Shown here one piece after another: positions 18,182 through 27,890 of a stretch of 57,178 bases of DNA (positions are counted from its first letter, which is position 1; each line of letters starts with the position of its first letter). A program made the position numbers and the translations under genes. The notes under the pieces were generated by a model that was not told the DNA's origin, searched no databases, and saw nothing but the letters and a program-made list of their open reading frames with translations. This stretch comes from Deltaproteobacteria bacterium (GTDB lineage Bacteria > Bdellovibrionota > JACOXK01 > 2-02-FULL-40-11): NCBI GenBank assembly GCA_023248265.1, contig JAHFEZ010000002.1:1-57178 (forward strand). Reading direction: 5' to 3'.

Positions 18182-19045
18182 CTATGGGGCCATAAATTCT
18201 TCAAGTGTTTTTGAAAATTGCACGATTCCTTGAGGGGTAATAAAAAGCTCTCTTTCATCATATTGGTAAATGACGTCAAAAGACACCGTTGTTTTATCTC
18301 GATCCCAATCCATTTTTATATCTGCATCTTTTGAAATAGGCTTTACCCTTCCTTGATAATTAAAGAGTGCCACAGGCTTATTAAATCCTGGCACCCCAAC
18401 TATTTCAATTTTACCCGATCTCACCATGGAGTCATTTTTAAATCGAAATAAGAACTGATCCGCATTGGCTGAGTAATCTGTGTGCGTCTTTCGATCATTT
18501 TCATTGGAGATAAATCGTCGATAATACATCCTCTGATCCCATGGATCGTAAAAAACATCCTGCCAGAATGTCACATCTACCATTCCCACATAATAGCCTC
18601 GATAATCATAGCGTCCATTGATATCAAAAGTTCCAATCACAAAGTTGAGCCGCCTATGAACAATTTCAAGTTGTTTCGAACTATTTTCTCTAACAGCATA
18701 TTCCTCAACCACTGGATGAACTTCTTTTTGATAAGCTTGGTGAATGACCGTTCGATAATTAAGTTCATGCTTCCATGAAAGGGGTTGATCACTTAAATAT
18801 TCTTTAAATCCATCTAAAAAAGATTCATGGCTCTTTTTAAGATAACTTACGGTAACAAATGACTTCATAAATCGAGAGCTATTACTCCACTCATTATATA
18901 TCTCTCGAGGACGCACCCAATAGTAATCTAAAAGCTTACCCTGATCGTCTTCAAAAAATTTTTTGATTTCTTCCGAAGTTGCTGAATACGTTTGACTGGG
19001 GACAAAAAAAGAATACACCAAAAAAGCCAAGAACACTTTTTTCAT
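18182..19045 (-). CDS. secreted hypothetical protein (287 aa)
   Basis: Signal peptide MKKVFLAFLVYSFFVPSQTYSA starts at the ATG at 19045, preceded by GGAGGTATCGTT. I recognise no family. The protein is rich in Tyr, Trp, Asp and Arg. Confidence 0.6.
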   Translation of the reverse strand: MKKVFLAFLVYSFFVPSQTYSATSEEIKKFFEDDQGKLLDYYWVRPREIYNEWSNSSRFMKSFVTVSYLKKSHESFLDGFKEYLSDQPLSWKHELNYRTVIHQAYQKEVHPVVEEYAVRENSSKQLEIVHRRLNFVIGTFDINGRYDYRGYYVGMVDVTFWQDVFYDPWDQRMYYRRFISNENDRKTHTDYSANADQFLFRFKNDSMVRSGKIEIVGVPGFNKPVALFNYQGRVKPISKDADIKMDWDRDKTTVSFDVIYQYDERELFITPQGIVQFSKTLEEFMAP

Positions 19046-19151
19046 AACGATACCTCCAGAAGAAAACTTAGTATGCTGCGAAGATGATGTCAAGGATTAC
19101 TCCCACTCACTACACTCAATAATTTTTGAAAAAATACCGATAAAGCTATGG

Positions 19152-22004
19152 ATGAGATATTGTCTGTATAAGTACATCTTTGTAGGTTGGCTGACCCTGA
19201 TTTTTTGCCCTTTCCCTTCTTATGGGATTTGGCAACGAGAGGAAGCTACAGGTGTTGCGAAACTTCGCAAAGACTATATATCTTTTCTAAAACAAGGACA
19301 GTGGCAAGAAGCATGGAACACCCTACCCTCTAACTATGAGATTAAAGATAAATTCCCTCAAGATGCCCTCATCAATGACCAAGGTATTTTTCTCCCTTTA
19401 AAATCATGGGTACACCAAGAAAAGCTTGCTCTTTTAAAAGGAGATAAAGAATTTTTATCCAAAAGCGCTGTTCTCAATGGGTATAAATCGGATTTAAAAG
19501 CCAGTATTCAACGTCTGAGAGACTTTAGCGGATGGGTGGAAGATAAAGAAGAAGCATTAACAGAGTTTAGAAGGAGACTTCAACGACAGCATCCCGAGCT
19601 AGGAAGTCCTATGATTTTAGCAGAAGAAAAACGATGGGAGAATGAAATGTCTCATTTTGTATCTGGCTATGTGGATCCCGATGGAAAATTCCAACTCCCC
19701 CTTCCTATCGAAGAAGAGCCCTTTTATGAATTAGTAGGGACTTCGGATGAATTGTCAGAATATTATCATAGTATGGCAGATGCCATTTATACCAGTGAGG
19801 CCGACTGCCAACTGGCCATTCCCTATTGGGAAAAGGCTCTGACTTATTTAAGACGCATGGATGAGAAAAAAAGCCAATCCTTAGATAAAAATTTTGGGTG
19901 GGGATATAAGGGGACTTATTTAAAACTTGTTCATTGCTATGATTCTAAAGATCTTGTCCAAAGAGAAAAACAATTAAAGGCCATTCAAGAATTAAAAAAA
20001 CGAGGAGTAGAAAATGTGTATATTTCAAAACAAATTCCAGAATTTATAGAAACACTCACCACACTTCAGGCAGCACTCCAAAAATATACCTATCCTACGG
20101 ATATTCAAAATAGCTGCTCAGATGCCCCCCAAGCCCCTCTATCTCCTAAAAAAATAAGCGAAATTTCTGATGCAAATCTTCCTTCTGGCTACCACAAAGC
20201 TTCTGCCCCTTTTATTTTAGGAAATAAAATTTTTATTTTGGGCAATAGAAGTGGTGATTTTGAACTGTTTATTTTTGATAGAACAGGGGGAACGCTCCTC
20301 AATAGAATCTGGATTGCTTCAACAAGAGGGGAAGAAATCTTAGATCCCTTTTATATTTCCTACGATCAGGGAAAACTTGTTGTTTTTAATCCAACGGTCA
20401 CAGCTTATATTGATCCCTTACAACTTAAACTTCTCTCTGTGTTTGAAAATAATAAGGAAATCTTAACACCCATCGATAGCCGATATGATGAACGGGATAC
20501 GTCTGGGGATCCATTTTATTATACCAGTGTTTTACTCGAAACTCCTCAAGAAGATTCTTCAAGAAAAGATACACTTATCAATTTTCTTAGAAATTATCCT
20601 CAGAGAGATCAAGTGATCACGCAATTAATGTCTTATCTTGATCCTTCTCAAGAACAAGAGGCCCGTTATACGGCAGATGAAATCTTGGGAGAGATTGGGG
20701 ATTTAGAAACTTTTAAAATGATCGCTTTATCTCCTTATAGTTCCGATTATCTTGTTTCCCCTCATAATATTATTACCAGAGAAGCAAACAATCCTTTAGG
20801 ATTAGAAAGAGTGCTTTTACTTTTTAAAGATTCAAATTCAAACATAAGAAAAAAAATGGTTGAAAGCGTTGGGCATCTTTCATCCGCATCATTGATGCTA
20901 GAAAGCCAAAATAAACTTCTTGAACAAGTTCTGGCATCTTTAGAAGACTCTTCTGCGGAAGTCAGAGAGGCTGCAGCTTCCCTTTTGGCTGAAAAAGCAG
21001 CACACGAAGGAATAGATTCTTTAGTCACCATCCTTGCTTACAGCCAAAGCCCTGAACTCAAGCAAAAGGTACTCAAAGAATTGGGGGATGGAAAAGAAGA
21101 AGATGCTTTCCTACATATTATTCCTTTCATCAATGACCCCAACCCTCAGATTAGACAAGCCGCCGTTTATGCAGCGAGCAAAAAAGGAGGAATGAAAGCT
21201 TGGAGGCATATTAAGCCCATTTTAGGCGAACTCTCTGTTAATGACCAATCTCGCATTTCCTATCTTGTGGTTCAGGCAGAATCCCAGAAGGGATTTGAAG
21301 CCCTCATTCCTCTTTTAAAAGAGGATCTTCCATGGATAACAAGCTACACTCTTCAAACTATGGCTGAGATAGACAGCAAAAAAGCCAAAAAATATATTAA
21401 GAAAGCCCTGAAGAATCCTGATACTCATTATGAAGCAATACGGCCGCTGATAACACTAGAAGCTAAAAAAGGGATCGATGCTTTGGTTGACTTTTCGAAA
21501 CATTCCTCACCCGAGATAAGAGAGATGGTACCTTATACAATAGGACGAGAATTTGGTAACGAGGACCCTGATAAAGTGAAGGTCTATGTAACAGGCTATT
21601 TAACAGATCATGACCCACAGGTGAGGCTCAATGCTGCCTACGTATGGATAGAATTAGAAACAAGGGACAAAAATAAAGATCCGCGTACATTTCTAAACGA
21701 TCCTAATCCAGATCTTCGGGCAGCGGCTCTGTTAACCCTGGAGCTTAAAAATGAAAATATAGCCATTTTTGAAGAAGCACTTAAGGACTCCTCCTCCCAG
21801 GTACAAGAGACTGCAGCTAGCTTATTATTACAGGAAAAGCATCGGGAAGGAAGCAACAGCTTCTTAGAATTGGCCGGACAGTTACTTCATCATGAAAATT
21901 CTAACGTCAAAAATCTGGTAAAAAGTTACTTGCTATTTTTTAGGCAAGAAAATCCAAACAACAAAGACATCAAAGAAAAAGTTAATTCTCTTTTGAAAAA
22001 CTAA
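19152..22004 (+). CDS. large HEAT-repeat protein with N-terminal hydrophobic leader (950 aa)
   Basis: The C-terminal ~450 aa contain repeated PBS-lyase/HEAT-like units (DSSAEVREAAASLL, DPNPQIRQAAVYAA, DHDPQVRLNAAYVW, DPNPDLRAAALLTL, DSSSQVQETAASLL). The N-terminal half is unassigned. Confidence 0.6.
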   Translation: MRYCLYKYIFVGWLTLIFCPFPSYGIWQREEATGVAKLRKDYISFLKQGQWQEAWNTLPSNYEIKDKFPQDALINDQGIFLPLKSWVHQEKLALLKGDKEFLSKSAVLNGYKSDLKASIQRLRDFSGWVEDKEEALTEFRRRLQRQHPELGSPMILAEEKRWENEMSHFVSGYVDPDGKFQLPLPIEEEPFYELVGTSDELSEYYHSMADAIYTSEADCQLAIPYWEKALTYLRRMDEKKSQSLDKNFGWGYKGTYLKLVHCYDSKDLVQREKQLKAIQELKKRGVENVYISKQIPEFIETLTTLQAALQKYTYPTDIQNSCSDAPQAPLSPKKISEISDANLPSGYHKASAPFILGNKIFILGNRSGDFELFIFDRTGGTLLNRIWIASTRGEEILDPFYISYDQGKLVVFNPTVTAYIDPLQLKLLSVFENNKEILTPIDSRYDERDTSGDPFYYTSVLLETPQEDSSRKDTLINFLRNYPQRDQVITQLMSYLDPSQEQEARYTADEILGEIGDLETFKMIALSPYSSDYLVSPHNIITREANNPLGLERVLLLFKDSNSNIRKKMVESVGHLSSASLMLESQNKLLEQVLASLEDSSAEVREAAASLLAEKAAHEGIDSLVTILAYSQSPELKQKVLKELGDGKEEDAFLHIIPFINDPNPQIRQAAVYAASKKGGMKAWRHIKPILGELSVNDQSRISYLVVQAESQKGFEALIPLLKEDLPWITSYTLQTMAEIDSKKAKKYIKKALKNPDTHYEAIRPLITLEAKKGIDALVDFSKHSSPEIREMVPYTIGREFGNEDPDKVKVYVTGYLTDHDPQVRLNAAYVWIELETRDKNKDPRTFLNDPNPDLRAAALLTLELKNENIAIFEEALKDSSSQVQETAASLLLQEKHREGSNSFLELAGQLLHHENSNVKNLVKSYLLFFRQENPNNKDIKEKVNSLLKN

Positions 22005-22012
22005 GTTTTTTT

Positions 22013-23599
22013 CTATTCCCACTCAATGGTACTTGGAGGCTTGGAAGAAATATCGTAAACTACGCGATTCACACCCGAGACTTCATTAATGATTCGACTC
22101 GAAATTTGGGCCAAAAGATCATAGGGCAACTCCACCCAATCTGCCGTCATTCCATCTTCACTTTTGACAGCCCGAAGGGCAACCACGTTTTCATAGGTTC
22201 GCTCATCGCCCATGACGCCTACCGTTTTGATAGGTAGCAACACAGCAAACGATTGCCACACCTTTCGATACCACCCTGCTTTCTTAATTTCATTTATAAC
22301 CACAGAGTCTGCTTTTCGAAGAAGATCGAGTCTTTCCGGTGTAATTTCTCCTAAAATTCGAACGGCAAGGCCGGGCCCTGGAAAAGGCTGGCGATAAATA
22401 AATTCTTCTTCCATGCCAAGCTCTTTTCCTAAAAGTCGTACTTCATCTTTAAAAAGCTCTCGTAAAGGCTCAATGAGTTCTAAATTCATATGAGGCGGGA
22501 GCCCCCCCACATTGTGATGACTTTTAATCGTAACCGAGGGGCCTCCATCAAAAGACACCGATTCAATCACATCCGGATAAAGCGTGCCTTGAGCTAAAAA
22601 CTTAGCATTGGGGATTTTTTTGGCTTCTTCTTCAAAAACTTCAATAAACACCCGTCCAATAATTTTTCTTTTTTGCTCAGGATCTGTGATGCCTTTAAGC
22701 TCTGTCAAAAATTTTTGACTCGCATCCACATATTTTAAATTCATATGCTTTTGATTTTGAAAAAGACCAATCACTTTTTGTTCTTCGTTTAAACGCAAAA
22801 GACCATTATTGATAAAAATCAGAGTGAGCTGTGTTCCAATGGCTTTGTGCAGCAAAAACGCGGTCACCGAAGAATCCACACCCCCGCTGAGTCCTAAGAT
22901 CACATGATTTTTCCCCACTTGTTTTTTTATTTTTTCAGCCGAATGCTCAATAAAAGATTTCATGGTCCAAGAGGGTGAAGCTTTGCAAATCTTAAAAATA
23001 AAATTAGAAAGGATATCTTTTCCTCGAGGCGTATGAATGACCTCTGGATGAAATTGAAGTGCAAAAATAGAAGCATCTTTATTTTTACAAGCAGCTATGG
23101 GAGAGTTTGAAGATCTTGCGATGGGAATAAAATTTTTGGGCAATTTTTTAATCCGATCCCCATGGCTCATCCAAACGGTGAGTCCCTGTGTCGGTGACCC
23201 TTGGGTCGTTGACCCTCGGGTCGCTGACCCAAGGCCTTGAAATAAATCTGAATCATCGAGCACTTCAATCTGAGCTTTGCCAAATTCACGCTTGTCTGCT
23301 TTTTCCACTTCCCCGCCTAGCATTTGGCAGGTGAGTTGCATCCCATAGCAAATACCTAAAATAGGAATACCCAGTTCAAATATCTGAGGATCTATCTTAT
23401 ACGCTTTATCCGATAACACAGAGGCTGGTCCTCCCGATAAAATGATACCTTTTGGGGTCCAAGCTTTGATTTCCGAAAGATCATAGTGATAAGGATGAAT
23501 TTCAGAATACACACAAAGCTCACGAATCCGACGAGCAATGAGCTGCGTATATTGGGAACCAAAATCTAAAATTAAAAAACTATCTTTGGGCCGGTTCAT
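22013..23599 (-). CDS. guaA: GMP synthase (glutamine-hydrolysing)
   Basis: A GATase domain ([16 protein letters not shown]) is followed by the ATP-PPase motif ([10 protein letters not shown]) and the C-terminal ...PPSTIEWE. The start was reset to the ATG at 23599 ([17 protein letters not shown]). The track extension overlaps guaB. Confidence 0.95.
   Translation of the reverse strand: MNRPKDSFLILDFGSQYTQLIARRIRELCVYSEIHPYHYDLSEIKAWTPKGIILSGGPASVLSDKAYKIDPQIFELGIPILGICYGMQLTCQMLGGEVEKADKREFGKAQIEVLDDSDLFQGLGSATRGSTTQGSPTQGLTVWMSHGDRIKKLPKNFIPIARSSNSPIAACKNKDASIFALQFHPEVIHTPRGKDILSNFIFKICKASPSWTMKSFIEHSAEKIKKQVGKNHVILGLSGGVDSSVTAFLLHKAIGTQLTLIFINNGLLRLNEEQKVIGLFQNQKHMNLKYVDASQKFLTELKGITDPEQKRKIIGRVFIEVFEEEAKKIPNAKFLAQGTLYPDVIESVSFDGGPSVTIKSHHNVGGLPPHMNLELIEPLRELFKDEVRLLGKELGMEEEFIYRQPFPGPGLAVRILGEITPERLDLLRKADSVVINEIKKAGWYRKVWQSFAVLLPIKTVGVMGDERTYENVVALRAVKSEDGMTADWVELPYDLLAQISSRIINEVSGVNRVVYDISSKPPSTIEWE
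23187..23231. repeat. three in-frame tandem 15-bp units inside guaA (encode [15 protein letters not shown])
   Basis: tgtgtcggtgaccct/tgggtcgttgaccct/cgggtcgctgaccca, read directly. The units are locally GC-rich. Confidence 0.8.
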
Positions 23600-23624
23600 A
23601 TAATTTCTCTTGGAAAAATTGATA

Positions 23625-25094
23625 TCAGCTGGGTCGATAATTGGGAGCTTCCTTAGTAATGGTAACATCATGGACGTGGCTTTCTCGATGCCCATGAGAT
23701 GACATTCGAATAAACTTAGCTTTTTCTTGGAGCTCGGCCAGGGTGCGGCATCCCACATAGCCCATCCCTGAACGCACACCTCCCAAAAGCTGATAAATGC
23801 TTGTAGAAAGTGTCCCTTTGTAAGGCACCATTCCTTCAATTCCTTCTGGAACAAGTTTATCTAAGCTATCATTATCACTTTGAGAATAGCGATCTCGACT
23901 GCCTTGAAGCATCGCTCCCAAAGACCCCATCCCTCGATACACTTTAAAACTTCGCCCTTGGTACAAAATCGTTTCTCCAGGGCTTTCATCTGTACCCGCA
24001 AACAAATTTCCAATCATAATGGAGTTAGCCCCCCCAGCTAAGGCTTTGACAATATCTCCAGAGTAGCGAATGCCCCCATCTGCAATTAAAGGCACATCAT
24101 ATTTTCGAGTGACAGCGGCACAATCAAAAATCGCACTCATTTGAGGAACCCCAATGCCTGCCACAATTCGGGTGGTACAAATAGAACCTGGCCCTACTCC
24201 GACTTTCACTGCATGAGCTCCGGCTTGAATCAAGCGCTCCGCTCCTTCAGCGGTGGCCACATTGCCTGCAATGATCACGACATTTTTAAAATTCGCCCGT
24301 GTATCTCGAACGGCTTCGAGCACGTTTTTAGAATCACCATGGGCTGTGTCAATGACAATGACATCCACTTTATTTTTTAATAAAAGCTCAATTCTTTCTG
24401 CGCGATCCTGGGAGACCCCTACGGCCGCAGCCACCCGTAATCGCCCAAAGCGGTCTTTATTGGCATGAGGAAAGCTAATCGATTTTTCAATATCTTTAAT
24501 GGTAATGAGGCCTTTTAAATTGCCCGCATCATCAATGACAGGGAGTTTTTCAATTCGATGTTTTTGCAAAATTGTTTTAGCTTCTTCGAGGGTCGTGCCC
24601 ACTGGAACTGTCACCAAATTCTTTTTGGTCATAACTTCATGAATCGGAAGGTCTAAGTTTTGCTCAAAGCGAAGATCGCGATTGGTTAAAATTCCCACCA
24701 ATTTCCCAGCTTGCGTAATAGGCACACCTGAAATTTTATATTGGCGCATCACATCTAAAGCTTGAGCAAGTTTTTGTTCAGGCTCCATGGTAATGGGATC
24801 TAAAATCATCCCACTTTCAGATTTTTTCACTTTTTCCACTTCAAACGCTTGCCCTTTCGGAGATAAGTTTTTATGGATAACCCCAATTCCCCCTTCTCTG
24901 GCCATCGTAATAGCGGTCTTGGCCTCTGTCACGGTATCCATGGCGGCAGAAAGAAGCGGAATATTGAGCCACACATCGGCAGCCAGTCGGGTTTTTAAAC
25001 TGACATCTTTAGGCAGACATTCAGATTCTTGAGGAGCTAAAAGAACATCGTCAAAAGTGAGGCCTTCTCGGATGGAAGGTGTTGAGTGTACCAT
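23625..25094 (-). CDS. guaB: IMP dehydrogenase
   Basis: The protein is 489 aa with a CBS pair insert and the catalytic loop [11 protein letters not shown]. Confidence 0.95.
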   Translation of the reverse strand: MVHSTPSIREGLTFDDVLLAPQESECLPKDVSLKTRLAADVWLNIPLLSAAMDTVTEAKTAITMAREGGIGVIHKNLSPKGQAFEVEKVKKSESGMILDPITMEPEQKLAQALDVMRQYKISGVPITQAGKLVGILTNRDLRFEQNLDLPIHEVMTKKNLVTVPVGTTLEEAKTILQKHRIEKLPVIDDAGNLKGLITIKDIEKSISFPHANKDRFGRLRVAAAVGVSQDRAERIELLLKNKVDVIVIDTAHGDSKNVLEAVRDTRANFKNVVIIAGNVATAEGAERLIQAGAHAVKVGVGPGSICTTRIVAGIGVPQMSAIFDCAAVTRKYDVPLIADGGIRYSGDIVKALAGGANSIMIGNLFAGTDESPGETILYQGRSFKVYRGMGSLGAMLQGSRDRYSQSDNDSLDKLVPEGIEGMVPYKGTLSTSIYQLLGGVRSGMGYVGCRTLAELQEKAKFIRMSSHGHRESHVHDVTITKEAPNYRPS

Positions 25095-25125
25095 GGTAGA
25101 TCATTACTAAGATTGAGTGATTTTG

Positions 25126-26445
25126 TCAATTGCCTAAATTTTCATCACCTAGAAAGCTATGCGGCATGGCCGATGTCAACCGAACTCGGGTAAATTTTCC
25201 GATAAGCGAAGCATCTCCCTTGAAATGAACCAGTTTATTAGTATCCGTTCTACCTTGAAGGGTCACCGCATGAGCAAGGCCCAGAGATTTTTTTTCAACC
25301 AACACTTCATAGGTTTGCCCAACCAGTTTTTGATTCATTTCTAAAGAAATTTCATCTTGAAGAGATTGAAGTCGTTGCAAGCGTTCGTTCTTTTCTTCCT
25401 CAGAAAGTTCTTCTGAAAACTCATAAGCCAACGTCCCTACTCTCGGAGAATACTTAAAGGAGTAAATGGAATCATAGCGAATATCCCGGAGAAGTTTTAG
25501 CGTATCTTCAAACTCTTCATGGGTTTCTCCTGGAAAGCCCACAATAATGTCTGTAGAAAGCGCTACATTCGGCACTTTGCTTCTTAATTTTTCAATGCGT
25601 TCTTGGGTGTGTTCAATCGTATACCACCGACGCATGGCTTTTAAGATTCGGTTATTCCCAGATTGAACGGGTAAATGAAGATGCTTGCACAGATTCGGGA
25701 GCTCTTCATAGCAAGCAATCATGTCATCACAAAAGTCTTGAGGATGAGGGCTCGTAAATCGAATGCGCTTTAAGTGTGGAACTTGAGCAATAAGTCTAAG
25801 CAGCTTTGGAAAGGTGTATCCCTCATGCGCATAAGAATTTACATTTTGGCCTAAGAGCGTCACTTCACGCGTACCCTTTTCAACTCCAAGTTCAATTTCT
25901 TGAAGGATTTCTCGAGGAGGCCGACTTTTTTCTCGCCCTCGCGTAAAAGGTACGATGCAAAAAGAACAAAATTTATCACACCCTTTAATGATGGTGATAA
26001 AGGCAGACACAGGACTAAAATCTTTTCTCACATATGATAAAGAAAACTTAGGATCCGTATCAAAAGCCGTCACAGCCAAGCGAGATTTTGTTTCTTGAAT
26101 GCGACCAATCAACTCTGGAAGCTGATCCACCTGATCCACACCAAAAACCAAGTCCAAATGGGGAATACGTTTTAAAAGCCTATCCCCTTCTTCTTGGGCC
26201 ACACATCCCCCCATTCCAATAATGAGTTTTTTGTTTTTTTCTTTAAAAGATTTTAAACGACCCAAATCACTCAAAAGCTTTTGCTTGGCTTTTTCGCGCA
26301 CCGTACAGCTATTAAATAAAATGAGATCTGCCTCTTTTAGTTTTTCTGTTTGCGTAAATTGAAGAGGTTTTAAAAGATGCACCATCCGCTCTGAATCATA
26401 GACGTTCATCTGACAACCATACGTTTTAAGATAAAAGTTCGGCAT
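25126..26445 (-). CDS. miaB: tRNA-2-methylthio-N6-dimethylallyladenosine synthase (radical SAM methylthiotransferase)
   Basis: The N-terminus is YLKTYGCQMNVYDSE. A radical-SAM CDKFCSFCIVP motif and a C-terminal TRAM domain are present. Confidence 0.9.
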   Translation of the reverse strand: MPNFYLKTYGCQMNVYDSERMVHLLKPLQFTQTEKLKEADLILFNSCTVREKAKQKLLSDLGRLKSFKEKNKKLIIGMGGCVAQEEGDRLLKRIPHLDLVFGVDQVDQLPELIGRIQETKSRLAVTAFDTDPKFSLSYVRKDFSPVSAFITIIKGCDKFCSFCIVPFTRGREKSRPPREILQEIELGVEKGTREVTLLGQNVNSYAHEGYTFPKLLRLIAQVPHLKRIRFTSPHPQDFCDDMIACYEELPNLCKHLHLPVQSGNNRILKAMRRWYTIEHTQERIEKLRSKVPNVALSTDIIVGFPGETHEEFEDTLKLLRDIRYDSIYSFKYSPRVGTLAYEFSEELSEEEKNERLQRLQSLQDEISLEMNQKLVGQTYEVLVEKKSLGLAHAVTLQGRTDTNKLVHFKGDASLIGKFTRVRLTSAMPHSFLGDENLGN

Positions 26446-26518
26446 TATTTTCTCTTGTCATCCCAAGTTTTAGTGAAATTGCCTTTCAGAGTCAAATCTT
26501 ATATACTTCTTTTTTATC

Positions 26519-26953
26519 ATGCTGAAGCCTCGAATTAAAACACATTTAAAACCTGCCACGTTCCCTCAAGATTATATTCATCTAATTTATGAAACCTTCG
26601 ATGAAAATTATAAAAAATATTTAGTGCCTCAGGAGAAAATTAGGGTTGAGGGGGCCGTGTACCCCAAAGAAATGTTGATTCAGATTACATTGGCTCAGTC
26701 CGCCCTCAAAACCACAAGCTGTACAGCCTCTATGGATTTAAATACAAAAAAATATACTCTCGACAATCATGTCCATATTCTCATTGATTCTTTAGGGATA
26801 TTTTTTGATGAATATTTTTTCGAAGACCGAGACGTTACCATTGGAGAAGAATGGAAGCCCTATGATCTAAGTACCCAAACCGTCTATATGAAAACATCGA
26901 CTGTCAATGAAGCCTTAGAAGAAGAAAGCGATAAGATATTAAAGAATGAATGA
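26519..26953 (+). CDS. hypothetical protein (144 aa)
   Basis: Clean ORF divergent from miaB. I recognise no motifs. Confidence 0.45.
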   Translation: MLKPRIKTHLKPATFPQDYIHLIYETFDENYKKYLVPQEKIRVEGAVYPKEMLIQITLAQSALKTTSCTASMDLNTKKYTLDNHVHILIDSLGIFFDEYFFEDRDVTIGEEWKPYDLSTQTVYMKTSTVNEALEEESDKILKNE

Positions 26954-26957
26954 GAGC

Positions 26958-27287
26958 TTATCTTTTAATCTTTTTGATAATATCCCCGTAGTCATCTAAA
27001 AAATCCAGATCAGACATGTTTTCTAAATCCAAATCATGTACTGATTTTTTAAAGCTTTCTTCACTAGACAGGTCTTTTTTTATAACCTCTAAATAATCAT
27101 CTGGATATTTTTTTGTGATCGCTTTAAGGTAGCGATCCAGCATTTTTTCTTTTGATTCCCGAGATAGGTTTTTGGTTTTTTGCCATGTCATCATATAATG
27201 CAATCTGCAAAATTTTCCGGTTGTGGCTTGGATTGTGCAGTCTTTATAATGACACTTTTTTAAAGCAAGTGCTTTGGCGGCAGACAT
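26958..27287 (-). CDS. small hypothetical protein with C-x4-C-x9-C-x2-H motif and acidic tail
   Basis: ATG at 27287 is preceded by AAGGGGG. The N-terminal motif is KKCHYKDCTIQATTGKFCRLHY. The track start at 27335 overlaps tsaE. Confidence 0.5.
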   Translation of the reverse strand: MSAAKALALKKCHYKDCTIQATTGKFCRLHYMMTWQKTKNLSRESKEKMLDRYLKAITKKYPDDYLEVIKKDLSSEESFKKSVHDLDLENMSDLDFLDDYGDIIKKIKR

Positions 27288-27319
27288 AAGAAACCCCCTT
27301 AAGCTAAAACTGCGTTCAC

Positions 27320-27820
27320 TTATAGTGATCGGCAATTATGAGAAAAAGATGAGAGAAAATTTGAAAGAATTTTTTGAGAATCCAGACCATGTGCTATCAT
27401 ATGGATATTACGAGCTTTTTCAGATATAGCCTGGAACTCGATTTCTAAAAAATCTTTGGGTAAAAGTTCTGCTGCTTTTTCAAACCATTCAATGGCACAA
27501 ATCCCCTGCCCTTGAAAATACTGGTCCAGTCCCAATGTTTGTGCTTCTGTACTGTGACTGAGTCGATAAAAATCCATATGAAAAAGAAGCGTATCCCCAC
27601 AACACGGATATTCATTGATAAACGTAAAGGTGGGGCTTGAAACCATATGGCTCTCTAAAATCTTAAGTCCTTGGGCCAATCCTTGTACAAAGGTTGTTTT
27701 GCCAGAACCTAAATTTCCACGAAGTCCCAAAATATCCCCCTTTTTTAAAAAGGCAGAGAGTTGGAAAGCTAATTTTTGAGTATTCTGGGGGCCCTCAATA
27801 TGGATAGTATATGATTTCAT
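27320..27820 (-). CDS. tsaE: tRNA threonylcarbamoyladenosine biosynthesis ATPase TsaE
   Basis: The P-loop GNLGSGKTTFVQG and the SPTFTF motif are present. Confidence 0.85.
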   Translation of the reverse strand: MKSYTIHIEGPQNTQKLAFQLSAFLKKGDILGLRGNLGSGKTTFVQGLAQGLKILESHMVSSPTFTFINEYPCCGDTLLFHMDFYRLSHSTEAQTLGLDQYFQGQGICAIEWFEKAAELLPKDFLEIEFQAISEKARNIHMIAHGLDSQKILSNFLSSFSHNCRSL

Positions 27821-27890
27821 TTCACCTTTTCTCTATCAAGGTAAAAATGATTTGACAACCCCTCCCCCAATTAATAAACTTGTGGTTTTT

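Noticed and set aside
21985-22015. AT-only hairpin GAAAAAC-taa-GTTTTTC between the convergent HEAT-repeat gene and guaA as a bidirectional terminator
   Set aside because: The stem is 7 bp and almost entirely A-T, too weak to call without folding energies.
23600-23854. 85-codon N-terminal extension of guaA overlapping the 3-prime end of guaB
   Set aside because: The conserved GuaA N-terminus ([17 protein letters not shown]) starts at the internal ATG at 23599. The extension has no homology-like features and would overlap guaB by 230 nt.
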